Positions 19,640 to 29,705 of a DNA stretch of 36,130 nucleotides are shown in pieces (position 1 is the first letter of the stretch; the number at the start of each line of letters is the position of its first letter). The notes under the pieces were generated by a model that saw only the letters and a list, made by a program, of their open reading frames with translations, did not search any database and had not been told where the DNA came from. The translations under genes were made by a program, and so were the position numbers. This DNA comes from an uncultured Aliarcobacter sp. (lineage in GTDB: Bacteria > Campylobacterota > Campylobacteria > Campylobacterales > Arcobacteraceae): positions 1-36,130 of the forward strand of contig CAYQFC010000001.1 in NCBI GenBank assembly GCA_964416585.1, given 5' to 3'.

Positions 19640-20908
19640 GTGAATATATTAATACTTGGAAGTGGTGGAAGAGAGTACTCTATTGGATTGGCTATTAAAA
19701 AAGAGAACACTCATAATCTATATTTTATGCCTGGAAATGGTGCAACTTCAAACCTAGGAACAAATATTAACATCAAAGATTATGAAAAATTAGCTATTTT
19801 TGCAAAAGAAAATAGTATAGATTTAACAATAGTAGGACCTGAAGCTCCACTTGTAGATGGTGTTGTTGATATATTTAGAAGAGAAAATCTTGCAATTTTT
19901 GGACCAACAAAAGCTGCTGCTAGATTAGAAGGTTCTAAAGCATATATGAAAAATATTTTAAAAAAATATAATATACCAACAGCAGCATTTATTGAAACTT
20001 CAAATAAAAATGAGGCTTATGAATTTATTGATAATATGAAAAATCTTCCAATAGTTGTAAAAGCTGATGGGCTTTGTGCTGGAAAAGGTGTGATTATTGC
20101 TCAAAGTAAAGAAGAGGCTAAAAAAACTGTTGAAGATATGCTAAGCGGTAGCTCTTTTGGAGAAGCTGGAGCAAATGTAGTTGTTGAAGAGTTTTTGGAT
20201 GGTTACGAGCTTAGTGTTTTTGCAATTTGTGATGGAAAAAACTATAAAGTTTTACCAGCTGCTCAAGATCATAAAAGAGTAGGTGATGATGACACTGGAC
20301 CAAATACAGGTGGGATGGGTGCTTATGCTCCAACTCCCTTGGTAAATGATGAAATTTATAAAAAAATTGAAGAGAGAGTTATTAAACCAACTTTAGAGGG
20401 TATGCAAAAAGAGAATGCTCCATTTGAAGGTGTTTTATTTATAGGAGTTATGGTTGTAAAAGGTGAACCAATTATTTTGGAATATAATGTAAGATTTGGT
20501 GATCCTGAGTGTGAAATTTTGATGCCACTTTTAGAAACTCCTGTTTCTGAACTTTTTTATTATGGTGCTACAAAACAGCTTGATAAACTCGATATTAAAA
20601 TTAAAAATGAGTTTGCTGTTGGTGTTGTAATGGCTAGTGAAAATTATCCTTATGGTTCAAGCAAAGCAGCTGAGATAATTATAGATGAGATTGTAGATGA
20701 GGATTTAAAAAATAACTCTCATATCTCTTTTGCTGGAGTTGAAAATATTGATGGAAAATTAATGGCAACAGGGGGAAGAGTTTTGGTTTGTGTTGGAACT
20801 GGAAATAGTATAAAAAAGGCTAGAGATAGAGCATATATGCTTTGTGGTCAAGTGCATTTTGCTGGTAAAAAATGTAGAACAGATATAGCTTATCAAGCTT
20901 TAAAGTAA
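19640..20908 (+). CDS. purD: Phosphoribosylamine--glycine ligase
   Basis: [37 protein letters not shown] and [10 protein letters not shown] motifs. Confidence 0.97.
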   Translation: MNILILGSGGREYSIGLAIKKENTHNLYFMPGNGATSNLGTNINIKDYEKLAIFAKENSIDLTIVGPEAPLVDGVVDIFRRENLAIFGPTKAAARLEGSKAYMKNILKKYNIPTAAFIETSNKNEAYEFIDNMKNLPIVVKADGLCAGKGVIIAQSKEEAKKTVEDMLSGSSFGEAGANVVVEEFLDGYELSVFAICDGKNYKVLPAAQDHKRVGDDDTGPNTGGMGAYAPTPLVNDEIYKKIEERVIKPTLEGMQKENAPFEGVLFIGVMVVKGEPIILEYNVRFGDPECEILMPLLETPVSELFYYGATKQLDKLDIKIKNEFAVGVVMASENYPYGSSKAAEIIIDEIVDEDLKNNSHISFAGVENIDGKLMATGGRVLVCVGTGNSIKKARDRAYMLCGQVHFAGKKCRTDIAYQALK

Positions 20909-20912
20909 TTTT

Positions 20913-21362
20913 ATGCAAGAAAATATTAATACAAGTGATTTGCAATTAGCCTCTATGAGGAGTAGGGCTTTTGCATTTTTAATTGATGATTTAATTGTAA
21001 CACTTTTGATAATGTTTGTTTATTGGGATAATATAGTAAGCCTTGCAGTAAATGATAATCAAGAAGAGATGATAAACTTTATGCAAGGTGCTATTGTTGC
21101 ACCTTTGATGGCTTTAAAAGTTGTTTATCATACTTTTTTTATTTGGTATAGCGGACAAACAATTGGTAAAAAAATTGCTAAAATAAGAGTGATTGATGCT
21201 AATTATTGGGGAAGAACAAACTTCTTACAAGCTTTATTTAGAAGTTTTGGAAGAGTTGTTTCTGAGATGTTTTTTTATATTGGTTTTTTAATAGGATTTT
21301 TTAATGATGGAAGAAAAACTTTCCATGATTTTACAGGAAAAACGTTGGTGGTAAATGCATAA
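20913..21362 (+). CDS. RDD family membrane protein
   Basis: R..AFLID, GQTIGK and HD...T.VV motifs with TM helices. Confidence 0.9.
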   Translation: MQENINTSDLQLASMRSRAFAFLIDDLIVTLLIMFVYWDNIVSLAVNDNQEEMINFMQGAIVAPLMALKVVYHTFFIWYSGQTIGKKIAKIRVIDANYWGRTNFLQALFRSFGRVVSEMFFYIGFLIGFFNDGRKTFHDFTGKTLVVNA

Positions 21363-23529
21363 AATATTATTCTCTTTAATAACTTGTTCAGTACTTTTAA
21401 GTGCTGCTGAAATAAATAATGAAAAGTATCAATTAATTGCACAAGATGTAACAACGGTTGATAATGTTGTAACAGCAACTGGAAATGTTGTAATTTACTC
21501 ACCCACTTATTATTTGAGTGCAGATAAGGTTATTTTTCATCAAGATAGCGAGAATTTTGAACTATTTGATAATGTTTTAATAATCAAAGATAATAATATT
21601 CAAACTCAAAGCAATTATGCCTTTGTTGATCTAAAAAATGAGATTTTTAATCAATCTCCAACATTTTTGATGGAAAACACAAATAGTATTTGGACAAATG
21701 CAAAAGAGTCAAGAAAAAATAAAGAGATAGTAAAACTAGATGGAACAATAATTTCATCTTGTGATTGTATAGACCCAGATTGGAGTATTAGGACAAGTAG
21801 TGCTGATTATGATACAGAAAATATGTGGATAAATGCTTATAATCCAAGACTATATTTCAAAAATGTTCCAGTTTTCTATCTTCCTTATTGGGGATTTCCA
21901 ACTGATACAACAAGAAGAACAGGACTTTTGCTCCCTTTAATTGGATATTCAAAAGGAGAAGGTGTTTACTACTCTCAACCAATATATTTTGCACCTGCTG
22001 ATAATTATGATATTGAAGTTATTCCACAAATTAGAAATTTAAGAGGAGCTGGGGTTTATTCATATTTTAGATATGCTGATTCACCTGATTCTATGCTTAA
22101 AATAAAAACAGGATATTTTAAAGAAAAATCTAAATATAGAAAAAAAGAAGGACTTGAAAACTCTGAACACTTTGGGGCTAATTTAAACTATGAAAGAAGA
22201 GGAATAATAGCAAATAAACAAAACCATAGCGATGGTTTATATACATCTTTGAAATATTTAAATGATGTTGAGTATATCACTCTTGAAGATAATGATTATG
22301 AAACAACAACTGATAAAAAAGTTGAATCAAAATTAAACTATTTTTATAATACTCCAAACTACTATGGTGGAGCTTATGGAAAGTATTATATTAATGCAGG
22401 TAAACAATCAAATTCACAAACTTTACAAGAGTTACCACAACTTCATGGGCATATTTATAATAAAGAGCTATTTTTAGATAGTTTAGTTTATTCATTAGAT
22501 GCAAAATATCATAACTATACAAGAAGAGAGGGAATAACTGCTGATATTTATGAGTTAAATCTTCCTATTTCTTATAGTAAAAATATTTTAGATGATTTTA
22601 TGTATATTGGTGTTGAAAATAGATCAGTTTTAACACAATACAATTATGATAACTCAAAATATAAATATGAAAATGGAACACTTTTACAAAATAGAACATC
22701 ATTTTTTGTTGGAAGTGATTTAATAAGACCATATGAAGATTATATTCATACGGTAAATCTTAAAGCAAGTTATAATATTCCTGAAAATCTTAGAAAAGAT
22801 GGTGATATTTATGGGGTTACTGTTACTAAAATTGATAAACCAGTAAGTCCTAAAGATAGAGAAAATAATGCAAAATACAATGAATTAGTAAATTTTCCTA
22901 CAATTCAAGATAATAAAACAATAGATTTAGAGCTAAATCAATCAATTTATAATAAAGATAGTTTAAAGCAAATAGTAAATCATAAAATGAGCCAATCTAT
23001 AATTTATGATAGTTTAGATGAGCCAAAAGCACAAGATTATGAGAATTATCTAAAGCTTAACCATGACTATGGTTCTATTTCTGGAAAAGTTGTTTATAAT
23101 ATGCAAGATAAAACAATAGTTGAAAGTAGTGCTAGTAGCTCTTTAAAATATGAAAATTTTACTCTATCTGCAAACTATAATAAAACAAAAAAAACAGATA
23201 ATGATTATAATGATAGAGATGATTTAGAGTCTTATGGTTATTCGGCTTCTTATAAATTTGCAAAAGATTACTCTATTAGATATTATGAAAACTACAATAT
23301 CAAAGAGAAAATTAGAAGCAGACAAGGAGTTGGAATTAATATTGATGATAATTGTTGGAATTTAGATTTAATGGTTGAAAAAGAGATAACTCCAAAAAGT
23401 AGAAAGAATGTAGATGGAAATTATGCTAGTGAAGAGCAAACTATTCTTTATGCATTTTTAACTCTAAAACCAGTTGGTGGAATTAGACAAAAATATAAAA
23501 TAGATGATAATGCAAATGAATTTAGATAA
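21355..23529 (+). CDS. lptD: LPS-assembly outer-membrane protein LptD
   Basis: Signal peptide, SSCDC...W, PVFYLPY...RRTGLL.P and C-terminal DNCW; purD-RDD-lptD-pnp synteny. Confidence 0.88.
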   Translation: MHKILFSLITCSVLLSAAEINNEKYQLIAQDVTTVDNVVTATGNVVIYSPTYYLSADKVIFHQDSENFELFDNVLIIKDNNIQTQSNYAFVDLKNEIFNQSPTFLMENTNSIWTNAKESRKNKEIVKLDGTIISSCDCIDPDWSIRTSSADYDTENMWINAYNPRLYFKNVPVFYLPYWGFPTDTTRRTGLLLPLIGYSKGEGVYYSQPIYFAPADNYDIEVIPQIRNLRGAGVYSYFRYADSPDSMLKIKTGYFKEKSKYRKKEGLENSEHFGANLNYERRGIIANKQNHSDGLYTSLKYLNDVEYITLEDNDYETTTDKKVESKLNYFYNTPNYYGGAYGKYYINAGKQSNSQTLQELPQLHGHIYNKELFLDSLVYSLDAKYHNYTRREGITADIYELNLPISYSKNILDDFMYIGVENRSVLTQYNYDNSKYKYENGTLLQNRTSFFVGSDLIRPYEDYIHTVNLKASYNIPENLRKDGDIYGVTVTKIDKPVSPKDRENNAKYNELVNFPTIQDNKTIDLELNQSIYNKDSLKQIVNHKMSQSIIYDSLDEPKAQDYENYLKLNHDYGSISGKVVYNMQDKTIVESSASSSLKYENFTLSANYNKTKKTDNDYNDRDDLESYGYSASYKFAKDYSIRYYENYNIKEKIRSRQGVGINIDDNCWNLDLMVEKEITPKSRKNVDGNYASEEQTILYAFLTLKPVGGIRQKYKIDDNANEFR

Positions 23530-24169
23530 AATTTATTTTAAAAATAGAGAAGAGGCGGCGAAAAAACTTCTAGAAGTTTTGCCAATTGATAGTATGAGGC
23601 TTGAGAAATGGACAATTGTTTCAGTTTCAAATGGCGGATATGAGATAGCAAAGATTATAGCAAAAGAGTTAGATGCAAAATATGAGATTATGTTTAATGA
23701 AAAAATTTATGCTCCAAATAATGATGATTGTGAAATAGCAGTTGTTACGGAGCTTGAAGATGTTTTAATCCATGAAGAGCTTGTGAAATCTTTCGATATT
23801 GATTTAAATTACATTTATTCAAAATCTAAAATTATATACGAAGATATAATAAGACCAAAAATTATCTCATTTAAAGCTGGAGTAAGGCTAGATGATTTGG
23901 AAGGAAAAAATATTTTAATCGTGGATGAAGATATAAATATAGGACTTGTTATGATGGCTTGTATAAAAACTATTATAAATCAAAAAGTAAAATCTATAAG
24001 TGTTGCAACACCTATATTATCAACTGCAAGTATTCCAGCAATTGACTCAATTACGGATGATTTATATTATATAAAAAGTTTAGACCATTTTGTTGAAGCA
24101 AATCACTATTATGAAGAGCTTGAGTGTGTTACTATGGAAGATTTAGAAAGAATCAAGAAAGAAGGATAA
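23504..24169 (+). CDS. Phosphoribosyltransferase-like protein (start may be 23510 or 23516)
   Basis: FKNREEAA N-terminus, LEGKNILIVDE PRPP-loop region and VATP motif. Confidence 0.78.
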   Translation: MIMQMNLDKIYFKNREEAAKKLLEVLPIDSMRLEKWTIVSVSNGGYEIAKIIAKELDAKYEIMFNEKIYAPNNDDCEIAVVTELEDVLIHEELVKSFDIDLNYIYSKSKIIYEDIIRPKIISFKAGVRLDDLEGKNILIVDEDINIGLVMMACIKTIINQKVKSISVATPILSTASIPAIDSITDDLYYIKSLDHFVEANHYYEELECVTMEDLERIKKEG

Positions 24170-24174
24170 AGAAT

Positions 24175-26322
24175 ATGTCAATAGTTTGTGAATTAGAATT
24201 AAATAATCAAAAAGAGATTTTTGAGTTTGAAAAAGTTGCTAAACAAGCAAATGGTGCTGTTTTGGCAAAAATGGGAAATGCAGTAGTAATAGCAGCGGTT
24301 GCTTGTGAGTTTGATAATCCTGTGAGTGAAGATTTTACACCTTTAACAGTTCAATATATAGAAAAAACTTATGCAAGTGCAAAACTACCAGGTGGATTTA
24401 TAAAAAGAGAGGGAAAGCCTAGCGATTTTGAAACTCTAACTTCAAGAGTAATTGATAGAAGTTTAAGACCACTTTTTCCAAAAGGTTTTGTATATCCAAC
24501 AACAATAACTGTAATGGTAGTAAGTGCTGATAGAGATATTGATTTACAAACATTGGCTTTAAATGCAGCAAATGCGGCTCTTTATACTTCAAATCTACCT
24601 ATTAAAAAATCTGTTTGTGGAGTAAGAGTTGGAAAAGTTGATAATAAACTTGTAATTAACCCTTCAAATGATGATTTAAACTCTTCAACTCTCGATTTAT
24701 ATGTAGCTGGTTCAAAAGATGAGTTGCTTATGATTGAGATGAAAACTATATCTTCATTAGAAGGACAAAATCATCAAACAAATGAGATGGAAGAGCAAAG
24801 TTTATTAGAGGCTATTGCTTTTGCACAAGAGGCTTTAAAAAATGCAAATATAGCTTATGAGCAAAATTTTGAGAAAGCTTGTAAAGATGTTGTTGATGTT
24901 GAACTTGTTGAGTTTACAATTCCTGCTACTGTTATTAATTATGTAAGAGATAATTTCTCAAATGATGTAAAAATAGCTATAAAAAAACTAGCAAAAAGTG
25001 AAAGAGCAGTTGAGTTAAAAGAGTTAGCAAAACTAATCTCTAAAAATGATTATTGTGTTTCAAATGAGCTAGAGTACTCTACAATTTACGAAGCAATTAA
25101 TATTGTAAAAAGAGAGTTAGTTAGAGCTATGATTGTAAATGAAAAAATTAGAGCAGATGGAAGAGGGCTTAAAGATGTAAGACCAATATCTATTGAGACT
25201 AATATTCTTCCTTCAGCTCACTCATCTTGCTTGTTTACAAGAGGTGAAACTCAAGCTTTAGTTGTGGGAACACTTGCTGGTGCTAAAGATGGACAAATGT
25301 ATGAAGTTTTAACAGACAGATCAACATCTATGGAAAACTTTATGGTTCACTATAATTTTCCAGGGTTTTCTGTGGGTGAAGCAAAACCAATTTTTGGAGT
25401 AGGAAGAAGAGAATTAGGACATGGAAACTTAGCAAAAAAAGCACTTGAAGCTACGATAGACAAAAATTTCAAAGATACTTTTAGAATAGTATCTGAAATT
25501 TTAGAATCAAATGGTTCTTCTTCTATGGCAACAGTATGTGGAGGTTCATTGGCTCTAAAAGCTGCTAATATTCCAGTTTCAAATCTTGTAGCTGGAGTTG
25601 CTATGGGAATGGTTGTTGAAGGCGATAAATACTCAATTCTTACAGATATAATGGGGCTTGAAGACCACGATGGAGATATGGATTTTAAAGTTGCTGGAAC
25701 AAAAAAAGGAATAACAGCACTTCAAATGGATATAAAACTAGGTGGAATTGAGCTTAATGTTTTAAAAGAAGCACTTTTGCAAGCAAAAGATGGAAGAGAT
25801 CATATTTTAAATATTATGGAAGATGCTTCAAAAAATATTACTCTAAGCGATGCTTTACCTAAAATTGAAGAGTTCGGTATTGATAGCTCTAAAATGATGA
25901 TAGTAATTGGAAAAGGTGGAGCAACTATTAAAGAAATAATTGAAAAATATAGTGTAAGTATTGATTTAAATAGAGATGCTGGAACTGTAAAAGTAAGCGG
26001 AGATGATGCAAATAAAATCAAAGAAGCTAGTGATTTTATAAAAGATTTAGTAAATAATTCATCAAGAGAGCAAAAAACTCAAATAAAAATTGATTTTGAA
26101 AAGCTTTATAGTGTTGATGAAATTGTAGCTGGTAAAGTTGAAAGAGTTGTTGATTTTGGGGCATTTATTCTTCTTGAAAAGGGTGGAGAAGGGCTTTTAC
26201 ATATTTCAAAACTATCAAAACAAAGAGTAGAAAAAGCAAGTGATGTTTTATCTGTAGGACAAGAGCTTAGTGTAAAAGTTCTAAAAGTTCAAAAAGATAG
26301 AATAGAGTTAGGTTTAAATTAA
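24175..26322 (+). CDS. pnp: Polyribonucleotide nucleotide transferase (PNPase)
   Basis: PGGFIKREG, RADGR, FTRGETQ, SNGSSSMA and GDMDFKVAG motifs; KH and S1 domains. Start moved to ATG 24175, which follows SD AAGGA and the upstream stop. Confidence 0.97.
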   Translation: MSIVCELELNNQKEIFEFEKVAKQANGAVLAKMGNAVVIAAVACEFDNPVSEDFTPLTVQYIEKTYASAKLPGGFIKREGKPSDFETLTSRVIDRSLRPLFPKGFVYPTTITVMVVSADRDIDLQTLALNAANAALYTSNLPIKKSVCGVRVGKVDNKLVINPSNDDLNSSTLDLYVAGSKDELLMIEMKTISSLEGQNHQTNEMEEQSLLEAIAFAQEALKNANIAYEQNFEKACKDVVDVELVEFTIPATVINYVRDNFSNDVKIAIKKLAKSERAVELKELAKLISKNDYCVSNELEYSTIYEAINIVKRELVRAMIVNEKIRADGRGLKDVRPISIETNILPSAHSSCLFTRGETQALVVGTLAGAKDGQMYEVLTDRSTSMENFMVHYNFPGFSVGEAKPIFGVGRRELGHGNLAKKALEATIDKNFKDTFRIVSEILESNGSSSMATVCGGSLALKAANIPVSNLVAGVAMGMVVEGDKYSILTDIMGLEDHDGDMDFKVAGTKKGITALQMDIKLGGIELNVLKEALLQAKDGRDHILNIMEDASKNITLSDALPKIEEFGIDSSKMMIVIGKGGATIKEIIEKYSVSIDLNRDAGTVKVSGDDANKIKEASDFIKDLVNNSSREQKTQIKIDFEKLYSVDEIVAGKVERVVDFGAFILLEKGGEGLLHISKLSKQRVEKASDVLSVGQELSVKVLKVQKDRIELGLN

Positions 26323-26382
26323 TAAATCTTACGATAATATAATAAAAATAATTTTTCAAAATGTAAACTTTAAGGGGTTTTT

Positions 26383-26751
26383 ATGGCTAAACTTTTAATA
26401 GTGGATGACTCTACAATGCTAAGAGATATGTTAAACTATGCTTTAAACGAAGGTGGTTATACAGATGTTGTTGAGGCAATTGATGGGGTAGATGGATTAG
26501 CTAAAGCAAAAGCTAGTGAATTTGATTTAGTAATAACAGATGTTAATATGCCAAATATGGATGGTTTAACTTTAATAACTGAATTAAGAAAACTTCCTGC
26601 TTATACAAAAAAGCCTATTTTGGTATTAACTACTGAAAGAAGTGATGAGATGAAGGCAAAAGGAAAGGCAGCAGGAGCTACTGGTTGGATTGTTAAACCA
26701 TTTGTGCCAGATCAGTTATTAAAAGCTGTAAATATAGTGCTAAGCAGATAA
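26383..26751 (+). CDS. cheY: Chemotaxis response regulator CheY
   Basis: DDS, TDVNMP, LTTE and AGATGWIVKPF motifs; precedes cheA. Confidence 0.93.
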   Translation: MAKLLIVDDSTMLRDMLNYALNEGGYTDVVEAIDGVDGLAKAKASEFDLVITDVNMPNMDGLTLITELRKLPAYTKKPILVLTTERSDEMKAKGKAAGATGWIVKPFVPDQLLKAVNIVLSR

Positions 26752-26763
26752 AAAGGATACATA

Positions 26764-28854
26764 ATGTCATTTGATATATCTAAATATAGAGAGATGTTTT
26801 TAGAAGAAGCATCTGAGCTTTTTGAATCAGCAGATAATGTTTTGCTTGAAGCTGAAAACAATGGTACTTTAACTGATGATGAGATGGGGCAACTTTTCCG
26901 TGATGTTCATACATTAAAAGGGAGTGGTGCTTCTGTTGAATTGGCTTTTTTTGCAGAATTTACACATGATGTTGAAAATCTTATGGATAAATTAAGAAGT
27001 CATAAAATAGAGTATCAGCCAGAGATGGCTGAAACTTTAATAGATGGTCTTGATGTTATGAAAGAGATACTTGACTTAGAAGTTGCTGGGGCTATAACAA
27101 GAGATAAATTTAAAGATATGACAGAGTCATTGCTTGAAGAGATTAGAGCATATTCAAGTGGTGGTGTTGTAATAAAAGAAACTCCAGTAGTAGAAAAACC
27201 AGTTAAAGAAGTTATTGTAGAGCCAAAAACAGAAGATAGTTTACATAAAGAAAATTTTGGATTTTTTGAAGATGAGCTAAATGAAGCAAGAGATGAAGAG
27301 AATCCTGCTTTTGGTCTATTTATGGATGATGATTTAAATGAAGAGCATAAATCTTATGGTTTTTTTGAAGATGATTTGGAAAAAATATCAGAACTAGTTG
27401 ATTCTGAACCTGCAGTTGAAGAGGAAGAAAAAGAGCATTTTGGTTTCTTTGATGATGTTCCTTCTATTACTCCTGATGCTGTTATGAAAACAAATGATAT
27501 AGAAAAAGAGTTGGAAAAAACTCAAGAGATAAATCAAATAAAAAATACAAGTCAAGCAAAAGATATAGTAAAACCAACTATTGTTAAAAAAGCAAAAGTT
27601 GATGAACCAGAAGACAATAAAAGAGTAATTGCAAATAATAACAATAATAGTATTAGAGTAAATCTTGATAAAATTGACTTACTAATGAATAATGTTGGAG
27701 ATTTGGTTATTACAAATGCTATGCTTACACAATTTTCAACTTCAATAGAAGAGACAAAAACAAGAGTTTCAGTTTTAGAAAGATTAGAGCTTCTTGAAAG
27801 ACATATTAGAGATATGCAAGATAGTATTATGAGTATTAGAATGGTTCCTATGGAGTCAATTTACTCAAAATTTCCAAAAGTTGTAAGAGATATTTCAAGA
27901 AAACTTAGCAAAAAAGTTGAATTTAAACATTATGGGGATAATGTTGAGATTGATAAAGCTATGATTGAAGGATTAACAGACCCTTTAATGCATATAATTA
28001 GAAACTCTTTAGATCATGGAATTGAGATGCCAACCGATAGAGAAGCTGCTGGAAAATCAGAAACAGGTTCGATATCTATCTCAGCTGAACAAGCAAATGG
28101 GCAGATGATTATTACAATTGAAGATGATGGGAAAGGTATTGATTGCGAAAAAGTAGCTTTAAAAGCTCTTGAAAAAGGTCAAATAGATGAGCATCAATAT
28201 AATAATATGAGTGATAATGAAAAAGCTCTACTTGTATTTGGAGCTGGAGTTTCAACAGCTGATCAAATTACAGATATATCAGGTCGTGGTGTTGGAATGG
28301 ATGTTGTTAAGACAAATATTTATAAGTTAGGTGGAGCTATTAAGCTTGATACTAAATTAGGTGTTGGAACAACAATTACTATTATGCTTCCTTTAACACT
28401 TGCTATTTTAGATGGTCTAGATATAAAAGTTGGAGACCAAAAATATATATTACCACTTAGCTCTATTGTTGAATCACTTCAACCAACTTCTGAGATGATT
28501 AAAAAAATTGGAGATGGAAGCAGAGATTTACTAATGCTAAGAGAAGAGTTTATTCCAATAGTAAGACTTCATCATCTATTTGGATTAAAAGATAGCTTTG
28601 AGCATTTAGAAGATGGAATGTTAATTGTTGTTAAATCAGGAAATATGAAGGTTGCTTTATCGATTGATGAGTTCTTAAATCAACACCAAGTTGTGGTAAA
28701 ACCTCTTGATAAAAACTTTAGAAGTGTACAAGGAATTGGAGCTGCAACAGTTAGAGGAGATGGAAGTATAGGGCTTATTTTAGATGTTGTTGGTATTATA
28801 AATGCTCAAATAAAAATTGAAAAAGATACTTATGTATCTAAAAAAGCATCATAA
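26764..28854 (+). CDS. cheA: Chemotaxis histidine kinase CheA (Hpt, acidic linker, dimerisation, HATPase, CheW domain; no fused receiver)
   Basis: FRDVHTLKG, IRVNLDKID.LMN.VG, HIIRNSLDHGIE and SGRGVGMDVV motifs; P5 domain. Confidence 0.97.
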   Translation: MSFDISKYREMFLEEASELFESADNVLLEAENNGTLTDDEMGQLFRDVHTLKGSGASVELAFFAEFTHDVENLMDKLRSHKIEYQPEMAETLIDGLDVMKEILDLEVAGAITRDKFKDMTESLLEEIRAYSSGGVVIKETPVVEKPVKEVIVEPKTEDSLHKENFGFFEDELNEARDEENPAFGLFMDDDLNEEHKSYGFFEDDLEKISELVDSEPAVEEEEKEHFGFFDDVPSITPDAVMKTNDIEKELEKTQEINQIKNTSQAKDIVKPTIVKKAKVDEPEDNKRVIANNNNNSIRVNLDKIDLLMNNVGDLVITNAMLTQFSTSIEETKTRVSVLERLELLERHIRDMQDSIMSIRMVPMESIYSKFPKVVRDISRKLSKKVEFKHYGDNVEIDKAMIEGLTDPLMHIIRNSLDHGIEMPTDREAAGKSETGSISISAEQANGQMIITIEDDGKGIDCEKVALKALEKGQIDEHQYNNMSDNEKALLVFGAGVSTADQITDISGRGVGMDVVKTNIYKLGGAIKLDTKLGVGTTITIMLPLTLAILDGLDIKVGDQKYILPLSSIVESLQPTSEMIKKIGDGSRDLLMLREEFIPIVRLHHLFGLKDSFEHLEDGMLIVVKSGNMKVALSIDEFLNQHQVVVKPLDKNFRSVQGIGAATVRGDGSIGLILDVVGIINAQIKIEKDTYVSKKAS

Positions 28855-28859
28855 TAAAA

Positions 28860-29705
28860 ATGTCATATACTACTGAAGATGTACATGATAGAGTAAAAAC
28901 AATCCTTTATTCTCTAACAGGAATTACCCTAACAGAGAATAAAGAGATTATGATTTCAAATAGAATTGATAAATTAAAAAGAAATTGTAATTTTTATGGC
29001 GATATTATGGAGCTTTTGGATTTGGTTGAACAAGGAAAATATGAGACCGATTTCATAAATACATTTACAACAAATAAAACACATTTTTTTAGAGAAGATT
29101 TTCATTTTATTGATTTAAAAGATAGAGTTTTACCAAAATTTGCAAAAAGTGGCGAAAAAATATCTATCTGGTGTTCAGCTTCTTCAACAGGAGAAGAGCC
29201 ATACTCTATTGCTATGACTATTTTTGAAGCAAAAGAAGAGTGTGAAAGAGCAATAAATTCATCAATTATTGCAAGTGATATTGATACAAATGTTTTGCAA
29301 TATGCTGCAAATGGAATTTATAGATATTCTAAATCAGAAAGAGAGTTTCCTTCTTGGATTAAACCTCAAAAGTATTTTAAAAGAAGAGTTCAAAAAACAT
29401 TAGCTGGTGATGAAGTTTTAATAAAAGTAAATGATGAGTTAAAAAGATTGATTACTTTTTGTGAATTAAACTTAAATGATAATGTTTATAATTTTTCAAA
29501 TAATCAATTTGATGTTATTTTTTGTAGAAATGTACTTATATATTTTTCACCAGAAGATCAAAATAAGATATTAAAAAAGTTATTTAGGCATCTTAAAATA
29601 GGAGGAACTTTATATCTTGGTCATTCAGAAAATCCTCAAGATTTAGTTTCTTATGTAAAACGAGTTGGTCAAAATATTTTTATAAAAGAGAAAGAGATTT
29701 TATGA
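28860..29705 (+). CDS. cheR: MCP methyltransferase CheR
   Basis: TTNKTHFFRE, SSTGEEPYSIAM, FDVIFCRNVLIYF and LGHSE motifs. Confidence 0.96.
   Translation: MSYTTEDVHDRVKTILYSLTGITLTENKEIMISNRIDKLKRNCNFYGDIMELLDLVEQGKYETDFINTFTTNKTHFFREDFHFIDLKDRVLPKFAKSGEKISIWCSASSTGEEPYSIAMTIFEAKEECERAINSSIIASDIDTNVLQYAANGIYRYSKSEREFPSWIKPQKYFKRRVQKTLAGDEVLIKVNDELKRLITFCELNLNDNVYNFSNNQFDVIFCRNVLIYFSPEDQNKILKKLFRHLKIGGTLYLGHSENPQDLVSYVKRVGQNIFIKEKEIL

Noticed and set aside
24124-24174. N-terminal extension of PNPase given by the ORF track
   Set aside because: It overlaps the upstream gene; ATG 24175 has an SD and gives a normal PNPase N-terminus.
26311-26340. Possible sigma28 promoter (CGATAA) before cheY
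   Set aside because: No TAAA -35 element at the required spacing; equally explained as a sigma70 -10.
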